A DNA stretch of 64,000 nt from Desulfuromonadales bacterium (GTDB lineage Bacteria; Desulfobacterota; Desulfuromonadia; Desulfuromonadales; JACZKF01): the NCBI GenBank assembly GCA_029289095.1, contig JARFUG010000007.1, forward strand, positions 9,297 to 73,296, given 5' to 3'. The position numbers and the translations under genes are program-made. Every line of letters begins with the position of its first letter. Positions within the stretch are counted from its first letter, which is position 1. The notes beneath the pieces were generated by a model, which was not told the origin of the DNA, ran no database searches, and saw nothing but the letters and a program-made list of their open reading frames with translations. Positions 53,618-61,943 of this stretch are shown piece by piece.

Positions 53618-54553
53618 ATGAAAGGAATCAGTCGAAGAAGGTTTCTGGCGGCTAGTCTGGCCGGAGGCGCGGCGACAACGCTGAGCGTGACGAAGGAAGC
53701 CTGGGGAGCCTCTTCGTTTGACGGCTACCCGGACGGAATGGGGGTCCTGGTCGATCTGACCCGGTGCGTGGGGTGCCGCTCCTGCGAGGCGGCCTGCAAC
53801 AAGGAGCAGAATCTTGCCGCTCCGGCCGAGCCCTTTGACGATATGTCGATCTACGACAAGCGCTTTCACGGGCAGAAGCGCCGCACCGACGAAAACTCCT
53901 ATACCGTGGTGAACCGCTACGAGAAGGACGGAGCCAAACCGGTCTATCGCAAGATCCAGTGCAACCACTGCAACGAGCCGGCATGCCTGACCTCCTGCTT
54001 CACCAGCGCCTACAAGAAGACAAAAGAAGGGGCGGTCACCTACAACTCAAAGGTCTGCGTCGGCTGCCGCAACTGCATGGTCGCCTGCCCCTTCGCGATC
54101 CCGGCCTACAGTTACTCGAGCGCCTTCAACCCCGAGATCAAAAAATGCGTCTTCTGCCACGAGACCCGGCTCAAGAACGGACAGCCCCCGGCGTGCGTCG
54201 ATGCGTGCCCCCAGGAGGTGATGACCTTCGGAAGGCGAAGAGACCTGATCAAGATCGCCAACGACCGGATCCGCACCCGGCCGGGACGCTATGTCGACCA
54301 CATCTACGGTGAGCACGAGGTCGGCGGCACAGCCTGGCTCTATCTTTCGGATCGCCCCTTCGAGGAGGTCGGTTTCGACACTACGCTGAGCAAGGAGCCG
54401 ATCATCTCCAACGTCAAGGGATTTCTCTCGACGGTGCCGATGGTCCTGGCCATCTGGCCGGCCCTTTTCACCGGATTCCATCTGCTGTCCAAGAAGCAGG
54501 ACCACGGACACGGAGAGCACGCCCACTCGGCGCAGGAGGAGGACGAAAAATGA
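53618..54553 (+). CDS. Tat-exported 4x[4Fe-4S] ferredoxin subunit (NrfC/HybA/PsrB-like) with C-terminal TM anchor and His-rich tail
   Basis: Twin-arginine signal SRRRFLAAS. Cys clusters CVGCRSCEAAC, CNHCNEPAC, CVGCRNCMVACP and CVFC...CVDACP. Helix VPMVLAIWPALFTGF. Tail DHGHGEHAH. Confidence 0.85.
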   Translation: MKGISRRRFLAASLAGGAATTLSVTKEAWGASSFDGYPDGMGVLVDLTRCVGCRSCEAACNKEQNLAAPAEPFDDMSIYDKRFHGQKRRTDENSYTVVNRYEKDGAKPVYRKIQCNHCNEPACLTSCFTSAYKKTKEGAVTYNSKVCVGCRNCMVACPFAIPAYSYSSAFNPEIKKCVFCHETRLKNGQPPACVDACPQEVMTFGRRRDLIKIANDRIRTRPGRYVDHIYGEHEVGGTAWLYLSDRPFEEVGFDTTLSKEPIISNVKGFLSTVPMVLAIWPALFTGFHLLSKKQDHGHGEHAHSAQEEDEK

Positions 54554-55899
54554 AACGGCACATTATGCATGGCGGCAAAATCGTCGATTCCGAGTACAAG
54601 TCCGAGGAGAACGAGGCGAAGAAAAAGTGGAGCCTCATGGAGAAGCTCCTTCTCGGCCTGACGCCGCGCCAGTACCTGGCCCAGGCGATACGAAATCCGT
54701 TCAACTGGATCCTGGCGGCGATCTTCGCCATCGGAATCCCTCTGATCCTCGGCCGGTTCGTCTTCGGACTGCACTGGATCACCCACAGCTCCAACGATTA
54801 TCCCTGGGGCCTGATCCTCGCCTTCGGACTTTTCACCATGGTGCCGCTGTCGGCCTCGGGGTTCATGCTCGGCACGGCGGTGGAGATCTTCGGCCGCCAC
54901 GACTTCCACCCCATCGAGCGCCTGGCTCTGCTCAACGGCCTGCTCGGTTACTTCTTCGCCGTCATCTTCCTGATGGTCGACCTCGGACAGCCTTGGCGTC
55001 TGCCCTACCCGATGGTCGTCTCCTTCGGAACGGCCGCCGTCCTCTTCCTCGTCGCCTGGCACGTCGCCACCTACCTCTCGGTGCAGATCGCCGAGGTCTC
55101 GGTCTCCTTCTTCGAGTGGATCGGCTGGCCGCAGGGGGCGAAGTTCATCCGCAAGATCATCGTCGGGCTGACCGTGGCGGGGATCATCCTCTCCACCCTG
55201 CACCAGGGCGCCCTGGGCGCGCTCTTCACCTACGCCCACGGCAAGCTTCACCCCCTGTGGTACTACGCCTCATTTCAGTGGATCTACTTCTTCTGCTCCG
55301 CCATCCCCGCCGGCCTGTGCATGGTCATTGCGGTGAGCACCATCGTAAAGAAGACAATGGCCTGGCGCTGCGACGACAACTTCATGGACAACCTCGATTC
55401 GCTCACCCTGAAGCTGGCCAAGGGCGCGAGCCTGGGTCTGATCACCTACCTGGCCATCAAGATGATCGGGGTCGCCCATTACAACCTGTGGGGTTATCTG
55501 GCCACCGGTTGGGGGCAGTGGTACCTGCTCGAGATGTTTGTCGGCGTCGTGCTCCCCATCGCCCTGTTCGGCTACGCTCTGCGGCACAACAAGGCGGGGC
55601 TCGCCCGGTTCACCGCATTCCTGACGATCTTCGGCGTCGCGCTGAACCGGATCAACACCAGCCTGATCGCCTACAATTACAAGATCTATCACGAGATCCC
55701 TCACTGGCGTGAAGTCATCGTGACCCTGACGATCTTCGCCATCTACATCGTGGTCTACCGCTTCATCCTCTACCGTCTGCCGATCCTCTACACCTGGAAG
55801 ACGGCGCCGCAGACCGCCGAAGAAACGGTCGAAGAGCCGGTCTACATCCACTCGGGAGCGGAGCCGAGGCCGGTCAGCATGTATCGGGAAATGAAATGA
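54550..55899 (+). CDS. NrfD/PsrC-family polytopic quinol-interacting membrane subunit
   Basis: 449 aa with about 10 TM helices. The start overlaps the FeS-subunit stop (ATGA), the typical partner arrangement for NrfC-like proteins. Confidence 0.8.
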   Translation: MKRHIMHGGKIVDSEYKSEENEAKKKWSLMEKLLLGLTPRQYLAQAIRNPFNWILAAIFAIGIPLILGRFVFGLHWITHSSNDYPWGLILAFGLFTMVPLSASGFMLGTAVEIFGRHDFHPIERLALLNGLLGYFFAVIFLMVDLGQPWRLPYPMVVSFGTAAVLFLVAWHVATYLSVQIAEVSVSFFEWIGWPQGAKFIRKIIVGLTVAGIILSTLHQGALGALFTYAHGKLHPLWYYASFQWIYFFCSAIPAGLCMVIAVSTIVKKTMAWRCDDNFMDNLDSLTLKLAKGASLGLITYLAIKMIGVAHYNLWGYLATGWGQWYLLEMFVGVVLPIALFGYALRHNKAGLARFTAFLTIFGVALNRINTSLIAYNYKIYHEIPHWREVIVTLTIFAIYIVVYRFILYRLPILYTWKTAPQTAEETVEEPVYIHSGAEPRPVSMYREMK

Positions 55900-55984
55900 G
55901 ACAGTCCATCGCCGGCGGGTTCGCCCCGCCGGCGGATCGCAGCGACAAGGGCCTGATCACGGAAACCGGAAAAGGAGCTGGGCT

Positions 55985-56863
55985 ATGTTACGGAACCTGA
56001 CGGCAAGGGCGATCGTCCCCGTGGCCATGACTGTGACTGGATTCGTCCTGGTCTGCTGCATCCTCCTGTACGCCGTCATCAAGGGGGACATGACCCGCAG
56101 CACGATCCAGCATTCGGTGAGTCTGGCCGACACCGTCATGAAGTCGACCCATTACGCCATGCTGCGCGACGACCGCGAGAGTCTCGGCAACATTATCGTC
56201 AACATCGGCGAGCAGCAGGGGATCAAACACCTCAGGATCTTCGACAAGGCGGGAATCGTGCGCTTCTCTCACCACCCCGAAGACAACGGTCACGAGGTCG
56301 ACATGACCTTCTCCGGATGCCTGGGGTGTCATATGGAGCCCGTGCCCAAGGAGACCCTCGAGGCGATGCAGCAGGCGCGCAAGTTCAGCGCCGAAGACGG
56401 CAGCCATGTCCTGGCCATCACCGCCCCCATCTACAACCAGCCGGTCTGTTTCGCCGGGGACTGCCACGCCCATCCCCCCGAACAGCAGATCCTCGGCATC
56501 CTCGACATCGGCCTCGATCTCACCCCGCTCGAGCGCAACCTCGCCGAGATGCGCGGCCGCATGGCCGTCTTCACGGTGATGGTTCTGCTCCTCACCCTGG
56601 GGGGCGTTGCGGCCCTGCTGCGCAGGAGCGTGATTCTGCCGATTCAGACCCTGGCCGTCTTTACGGAGCGCGCACTTAATGATACTGTTGTGGGTGAGTT
56701 CCCTCACAAGGAAGGGGAGATCGCCGAAATCGCCGCCAACGTCAAACGGCTGCACTTCCGGCTGGTCGAATCGGACAAGGAGTTGGCCCGCAGGCGAAGA
56801 GGGCCGCAGCAGGGCTCGGGGGCGGGCAGCGAGTCCGAAGGCGGTGACACTCGACACGAGTAG
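55985..56863 (+). CDS. Membrane sensor-like protein: TM, periplasmic heme-c domain, TM, HAMP; no output domain
   Basis: TM1 is IVPVAMTVTGFVLVCCILLYAVI. The periplasmic region has CLGCH and CFAGDCH (CX4CH). TM2 is MAVFTVMVLLLTLGGVAALL. A HAMP-like segment follows (ILPIQTLAVFTERA...EGEIAEIAANVKRL), then a short low-complexity tail. Confidence 0.65.
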   Translation: MLRNLTARAIVPVAMTVTGFVLVCCILLYAVIKGDMTRSTIQHSVSLADTVMKSTHYAMLRDDRESLGNIIVNIGEQQGIKHLRIFDKAGIVRFSHHPEDNGHEVDMTFSGCLGCHMEPVPKETLEAMQQARKFSAEDGSHVLAITAPIYNQPVCFAGDCHAHPPEQQILGILDIGLDLTPLERNLAEMRGRMAVFTVMVLLLTLGGVAALLRRSVILPIQTLAVFTERALNDTVVGEFPHKEGEIAEIAANVKRLHFRLVESDKELARRRRGPQQGSGAGSESEGGDTRHE

Positions 56864-56880
56864 GCCGGAAGCGAGTCCCC

Positions 56881-57426
56881 ATGGCGATCCCGAGAAAAAA
56901 AAAGGGGCGGGACGGGATCTCTCCCCGTGAAGAGCTGATAGAGAAGATCCGTCGTCTCGAATCGCGCGCCGCCCGGGGGCTCTGGGCCATGGCCGGCTTC
57001 ATGGCGATGAGCATCGCCGCCTGGCGCTATCCCGACCCCTTCTCACATCTACCCGAGCGGGCGGCGGCCATCCTCGGCGCCCCCCCGCCCACGGGACTGA
57101 TCAGCGCCGCCCTGATCGTCTATATCTTCTCCGCCATCATCCTCATCCTCACCCGCATGGCGACCGGCGCCGAGGCGGGGGTCGGCTTCAACCACGTCGG
57201 CTACCTGACCGGATTCTACTTCTTCTATTCGGTGGCCGGCGCCATGGGGGAGAACTTCTGGGCCGTCCTCGTGGCCGGGATCACCATCCTTTCCCTGCAG
57301 AGCTACCATCTGTGGACGTATTGCGCCGAACAGGTGCGCAACGACAAAGAGACCCTCGCCGCCCTCGAGCGCAAGGAAAAGTTCGCTTCGCTCTACTCGC
57401 CCGAGTCCCGGGAAGGCGAACCGTAG
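56881..57426 (+). CDS. Hypothetical 4-TM membrane protein; last gene of the c3-FeS-NrfD operon
   Basis: 181 aa with a hydrophobic core and charged termini. It lies 17 nt after the preceding gene. Confidence 0.5.
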   Translation: MAIPRKKKGRDGISPREELIEKIRRLESRAARGLWAMAGFMAMSIAAWRYPDPFSHLPERAAAILGAPPPTGLISAALIVYIFSAIILILTRMATGAEAGVGFNHVGYLTGFYFFYSVAGAMGENFWAVLVAGITILSLQSYHLWTYCAEQVRNDKETLAALERKEKFASLYSPESREGEP

Positions 57427-57438
57427 CCGTCTCCCACT

Positions 57439-58647
57439 TCAATGTTGCAGCGTGAAGCAGAAGGAGGCTCCTTCGCCCACGCGCCCCTCGCCCCAGATTC
57501 TGCCGCCGTGCCGGGTGATGATGCGCTCGACGATGACGAGTCCGATCCCGGTGCCGGGAAAGTCCGTTTCGGAGTGCAGGCGCTGAAAGCTGGCGAAGAG
57601 TTTGTCGGTCTCACTCATGTCGAACCCGGCGCCGTTGTCCCGGACACAGTAGACGGGAAGCTCTCCTCCTTCAGATCCAACCTCGATGCGCGCCAACTCT
57701 TTCTTCGATGTGAATTTCCAGGCGTTTCGCAGCAGATTCTCGATGGCGATCCGCAGCAGGTTGCGGTCACCCGTGACCATCATCCCCTCTTCGACAGTGA
57801 AATCGACCTTGCGATCAGGCTCCAGCCTTCGCAGTTCATCCGCGACGCCGCGCACCAGTTCCGAAAAGTCGAAGCGCTCGGAGCGCAGGTCGCTTCGGGT
57901 GACGTTGCCGAGTTTGAGCAGATCGTCGATGAGCCGCTCCATCTTGACTGTGCTCTGACGGATCATGTCGAGGTGCTTTCGCCCCATCTCGTCGTAAAGG
58001 GGAGCGTAGTCGAGCCACAGCAGTTCGGCGAATCCGGCAATGACCGAAAGGGGCGAGCGCAGATCGTGAGAGACCGAATAGCTGAAGGCTTCAAGCTCCT
58101 GGTTGGCTACGCGCAACTCGTCCTGCGCCTGTTTGAGCCGCTCGTTTCTCTGCAGAGCGGTCTCGTAGCTCGAAAGGAGAATTTCCGCCATCTGACGGCG
58201 GTTCGAGCGAATGGTGATCTGTCTGCCTGCCATCTCCATCGGTAGCGGAGAGACGCAGTCGTCCGAGGGTGAAGGAGCCTTGAGGGTGCGCCGGATGCGC
58301 GAGAGGAGAAAATCGTGTTCGTAGGGCTTCATGACGAAGTTGTCGGCTCCGGCCTCGAGGCCCCGCACCACATCGAGGGGCTCGGAGAGATAGGTGACGA
58401 GCACCACCGGGATGGAAGCCAGGGCGGGATCATCCTTGATCCTGCGGCACAGGGTGTAGCCGTCCATTCCGGGCATCATGACGTCGCTTATCACCAGGGC
58501 CGGGCGGTGCTCGGCCAGCATTTCCAGGGCTTCGCGGCCGTCGCTTGCCGCCTTCACCCTGAAGCCGCCGTCCTCGAGAATGTGGACGAGCCGATTTCGC
58601 TGGGTCGGGCTGTCCTCGACGATGAGGATCTCGGTTTCCGTCGTCAT
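57439..58647 (-). CDS. Response-regulator / histidine-kinase hybrid (REC-HisKA-HATPase)
   Basis: N-terminal REC (ILIVEDS...LVISDVMMPGMDG), H-box SYSVSHDLRSPL, N-box LLRNAWKF, and G-boxes DNGAGF / GTGIGL. Confidence 0.88.
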   Translation of the reverse strand: MTTETEILIVEDSPTQRNRLVHILEDGGFRVKAASDGREALEMLAEHRPALVISDVMMPGMDGYTLCRRIKDDPALASIPVVLVTYLSEPLDVVRGLEAGADNFVMKPYEHDFLLSRIRRTLKAPSPSDDCVSPLPMEMAGRQITIRSNRRQMAEILLSSYETALQRNERLKQAQDELRVANQELEAFSYSVSHDLRSPLSVIAGFAELLWLDYAPLYDEMGRKHLDMIRQSTVKMERLIDDLLKLGNVTRSDLRSERFDFSELVRGVADELRRLEPDRKVDFTVEEGMMVTGDRNLLRIAIENLLRNAWKFTSKKELARIEVGSEGGELPVYCVRDNGAGFDMSETDKLFASFQRLHSETDFPGTGIGLVIVERIITRHGGRIWGEGRVGEGASFCFTLQH

Positions 58648-59708
58648 TGGGTCTCCCCGGTTTCGCGTCTCCTGCCGCTTGCCGACGCGGCGACTCTTTC
58701 AAGCATATCCGAGATCTGCGAGGGTGAGAGTTGCTGCCCCGCCGCCCCGGTGCGCACCGCCTCCCCCGGCATCCCGTAGATCACTGAAGAGGCCTCGTCC
58801 TGGGCGATCGTCATCGCGCCGGCGTCCCTGAGCAATTTCATCTCCTTGACCCCGTCGGCTCCCATCCCGGTCAAAAGGATGGCGATCGCCCGATGGCCGC
58901 ACACAACCCGCACCGAGCGGAAGAGACAATCGACCGAAGGGCGAATCCCGTTTTCCGCTGGGGCATCGGAGAGATGCGCCCGCAGCCTCGGTGCGACACA
59001 CAGATGGCGCTCGTCCGGGCCGATATAGACGCGTCCCCCGAGCAGTCTCTCGCCATCTTCGGCCATCCTCACCGGTAAAGGGCAACTCCGGTCGAGCCAT
59101 TCGCACAATCCGCTCAGAAAGCCGGCGGCCATGTGCTGGACGATGAGAATCGGAAGGGGAAAGTCGGCGGGAAGGGCGCTCAGGATTCGATGAAGAGCCT
59201 CCGGCCCCCCCGTGGATGCCCCGATGGCGACCAGAACAGGGGGCTCGGAAGGGACGGGGAGGGGTTTTCTGGATGCGGGCCATCGACGCACCACCCGCAC
59301 TTCAGCCATCGCCTTGACCGTGCGCACAAATTCTTTCGCCGCGCTTTGAAAATCCGGGCTCCCCGGGCCGACGAGGCGGGGGAGCGCCGCCACCGCCCCT
59401 GCCTCGAGCGCCCTGAAGGCCGTTGAAACCTCCTGGCGGTTGACGGTGCCGCTCACGATGATGATCGGTCGGGGAAACTTCTCCATGATCAGGCGCGTCG
59501 CCTCCAGCCCGTCCATCTCCGGCATGACGACATCCATCGTCACCACGTCGGGCCGAAGCGCTTCCACCGCCTCGACGGCCTCTCGGCCATTGCGTGCGCT
59601 TCCCGCCACCGTGATCGCCGGGTCCGATTTCAGGACATGAACGAGAAGCTCGCGCGCCAAGGCGGAGTCCTCAACGACCAGAACACGGATAGGCAGGTCC
59701 CTTTTCAC
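58644..59708 (-). CDS. cheB: Chemotaxis response regulator protein-glutamate methylesterase
   Basis: REC domain (VLVVEDS...VVTMDVVMPEMDG) plus a methylesterase domain (AIGASTGGPEAL, GMGADG). It overlaps both neighbouring genes by 4 nt. Confidence 0.9.
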   Translation of the reverse strand: MKRDLPIRVLVVEDSALARELLVHVLKSDPAITVAGSARNGREAVEAVEALRPDVVTMDVVMPEMDGLEATRLIMEKFPRPIIIVSGTVNRQEVSTAFRALEAGAVAALPRLVGPGSPDFQSAAKEFVRTVKAMAEVRVVRRWPASRKPLPVPSEPPVLVAIGASTGGPEALHRILSALPADFPLPILIVQHMAAGFLSGLCEWLDRSCPLPVRMAEDGERLLGGRVYIGPDERHLCVAPRLRAHLSDAPAENGIRPSVDCLFRSVRVVCGHRAIAILLTGMGADGVKEMKLLRDAGAMTIAQDEASSVIYGMPGEAVRTGAAGQQLSPSQISDMLERVAASASGRRRETGETQ

Positions 59709-61942
59709 GAAAGCCTCCCGACGACTTCGAGGAGATTGCCCTGATCGAAGCGGCTTTTGACGATATAGGCGTCGGCGCCGGCTTCGATTCCCTTTTCCCT
59801 GTCCTTCGGATCGGCCAGGCCGGTCACCAGGATGACGGGGAGGCGAGCGTAGTTTTCGCGGATCTTGCGGGTGAGGGCGAAGCCGTCCATTCGCGGCATC
59901 TCCACATCCGACACGACGATGTCGAAGACGGCCGAAGCGAGTTTCTGAAGGGCGTCCATGCCGTCGACCGCCGTGGTGACGGCGTATCCCGCCCCTTCCA
60001 GGATGTTGCGCAGCAGAGTGCGGGCGGTGATCGAGTCCTCGGCCACCAGGACGCGCTTGCGCACCGGCATGCTCGCAACCGGTTCGGGTGTGGAGGCGAG
60101 GGCCGGGGAGGGAGCCGAAGCGCGGCGGGCCAGATCCTCGGTGTCGAGAATAAATGCGATCGTTCCGTCACCGAGAATGACCGATCCGGTGAGGTTTTCC
60201 ACCTTGACCAACTGGGGGCCGAGCCCTTTGACCCGAAACTCCTGCTCCGAGAGGATCTCGTCGACGGCGAAGGCGATCCGCCCCCGTCGCGAGTGCGTCA
60301 CCACCACCGGGAGGGGATCCCGGACGCTGCGCACCGAGGGGGGGAGTTCCAGCGGAACATCGAGTCCGACGATCGGCAGCGCCACCCCCTCCAGTTCGGT
60401 CATCTCCCGGTTCTCGATAGTCTTCACCTGGTGAGACGCAACCCGCACGACCCGCTCGACGGCGACCGCGGGAAAGATGTAGCGGGCCTCTCCCAGGCGG
60501 GTGAGGATGCCGCGAAAGGCGGCAAGGGCTGCAGGGATTTCCAGATGAAAAGTCGTTCCTTCCCCCGCGCGTGAGTGAATGCGCACCTTCCCCCCGAGGC
60601 GCTCCACCTTCTCGCGCACGATGGAGAGGCCGAGCCCGCGCCCCGAAACAGTCGTCACGCTTTTTCGGGTGGAGAGGCCGGCGATAAAGGCGAGTTCGGC
60701 AATCTCCCATTCGCCAAGGGTGTCCGCCTGATCGCGGGAAACGATCCCCTCGCGTAGCGCCGCATCCTTGATGGCGCTCGTATCGATTCCCCGCCCGTCG
60801 TCGCTCAGCGTGAAAAGAACCCGGCGCGGTGACGGTGCGGTGACGTCCAGGCGAATGCGGCCGCGGACCTCCTTTCCCCGGCTGCTCCGCTCATCGGGAT
60901 CTTCCACCCCGTGATCGATGGCGTTGCGAAGGAGGTGGTAAAGAGGATCGCGGAGTTGTTCGAGGATGCGTCGGTCCACAGGAATCTCTCCTCCGGAGAG
61001 TTCCAACTCCGCACTTTTGCCCGATTCGCGCGCGAGTTCCCTCACCATGCGGGGGAGCGGTTCGAGCAGGGAACCCACCGGGAGCATGAGCGTTTCGCGC
61101 ACGGCGCCCAGAAGAGCATCGACCTTTGTGGCCAGAAACCTGAAATGCTCCTCACTGTCTGCCAGGAGCTGGCGCGCGGATTCCTGCAAAGTGCGCGAAG
61201 CGTCTTCGCTCTGGCCGAGGAGGCTGATGAGACGCAGCAGCGCCTGGGTGCGTTCCGTCACCGGCCCGCGGCGCAAGGATGCCCCTTCGAGACTGCGTTG
61301 CAGGGATCTGGCCTCCGTCGAGGCAAGAGCCAGACTCCGCCGCACCTGCGAGAGATTCCCGAGCAGGCCGCCGACCGCCTCCTTCTGCACTTTTGCGCTC
61401 AGTTTGGTTCCCAGAAGCTCTTCGGCCTGAAGAAGGACCTTTTCGATCTTCTCGGTTCCGATTCTCAGCGTGTCGTGCGGCCGGGGCGAGGCAACGGGGT
61501 CGGGCGCCGGAGGGCGGCGCGTGGGGGGAGGTCCGATCCGCTGACCCCTGGCTGCGGCGCCGAGCCTTCGGGTCGCCTCGGCCGCCAGTGCGCGAAGCTC
61601 GGGAGACAGATCTCTGCCGGCCTCGCGCGCCATGTCCGAGGCAAGATCGGCCGCCAGGTAGAGCAGATCGAGAGTTTCACGCTCCAGGGCGACCTGTGCC
61701 TTCTCCACCCCCGCGAAGACCCCTTCCATCTCCTGACACAGAGCCTCGAGCTCGCGGGCATCGACGGCCCGGGCCGCCCCCTTGAGACTGTGCATCTCGC
61801 GGTAGGCTTCCTGCAGCGCCTCGGGGGACGCACCCTTGCCGAGTGTCCCGAGCAGCGATTCGATGGTGCGCAGGTGATCCTCGGCTTCGAGGCGAAAGGT
61901 GGGGAGGAGCCGGCTCAACAGTTCGGCGTCGCGAGGGTCCAT
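59705..61942 (-). CDS. cheA: CheA-type histidine kinase fused to a C-terminal receiver (Hpt-HATPase-CheW-REC)
   Basis: Hpt domain (EMHSLKGAARAV), N-box HLLRNAIDHGVE, DDGRGID, GRGLGL, a CheW-like domain, and C-terminal REC (VLVAEDS...IVVSDVEMPRMDG). Confidence 0.88.
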   Translation of the reverse strand: MDPRDAELLSRLLPTFRLEAEDHLRTIESLLGTLGKGASPEALQEAYREMHSLKGAARAVDARELEALCQEMEGVFAGVEKAQVALERETLDLLYLAADLASDMAREAGRDLSPELRALAAEATRRLGAAARGQRIGPPPTRRPPAPDPVASPRPHDTLRIGTEKIEKVLLQAEELLGTKLSAKVQKEAVGGLLGNLSQVRRSLALASTEARSLQRSLEGASLRRGPVTERTQALLRLISLLGQSEDASRTLQESARQLLADSEEHFRFLATKVDALLGAVRETLMLPVGSLLEPLPRMVRELARESGKSAELELSGGEIPVDRRILEQLRDPLYHLLRNAIDHGVEDPDERSSRGKEVRGRIRLDVTAPSPRRVLFTLSDDGRGIDTSAIKDAALREGIVSRDQADTLGEWEIAELAFIAGLSTRKSVTTVSGRGLGLSIVREKVERLGGKVRIHSRAGEGTTFHLEIPAALAAFRGILTRLGEARYIFPAVAVERVVRVASHQVKTIENREMTELEGVALPIVGLDVPLELPPSVRSVRDPLPVVVTHSRRGRIAFAVDEILSEQEFRVKGLGPQLVKVENLTGSVILGDGTIAFILDTEDLARRASAPSPALASTPEPVASMPVRKRVLVAEDSITARTLLRNILEGAGYAVTTAVDGMDALQKLASAVFDIVVSDVEMPRMDGFALTRKIRENYARLPVILVTGLADPKDREKGIEAGADAYIVKSRFDQGNLLEVVGRLS

Positions 61943-61943
61943 G

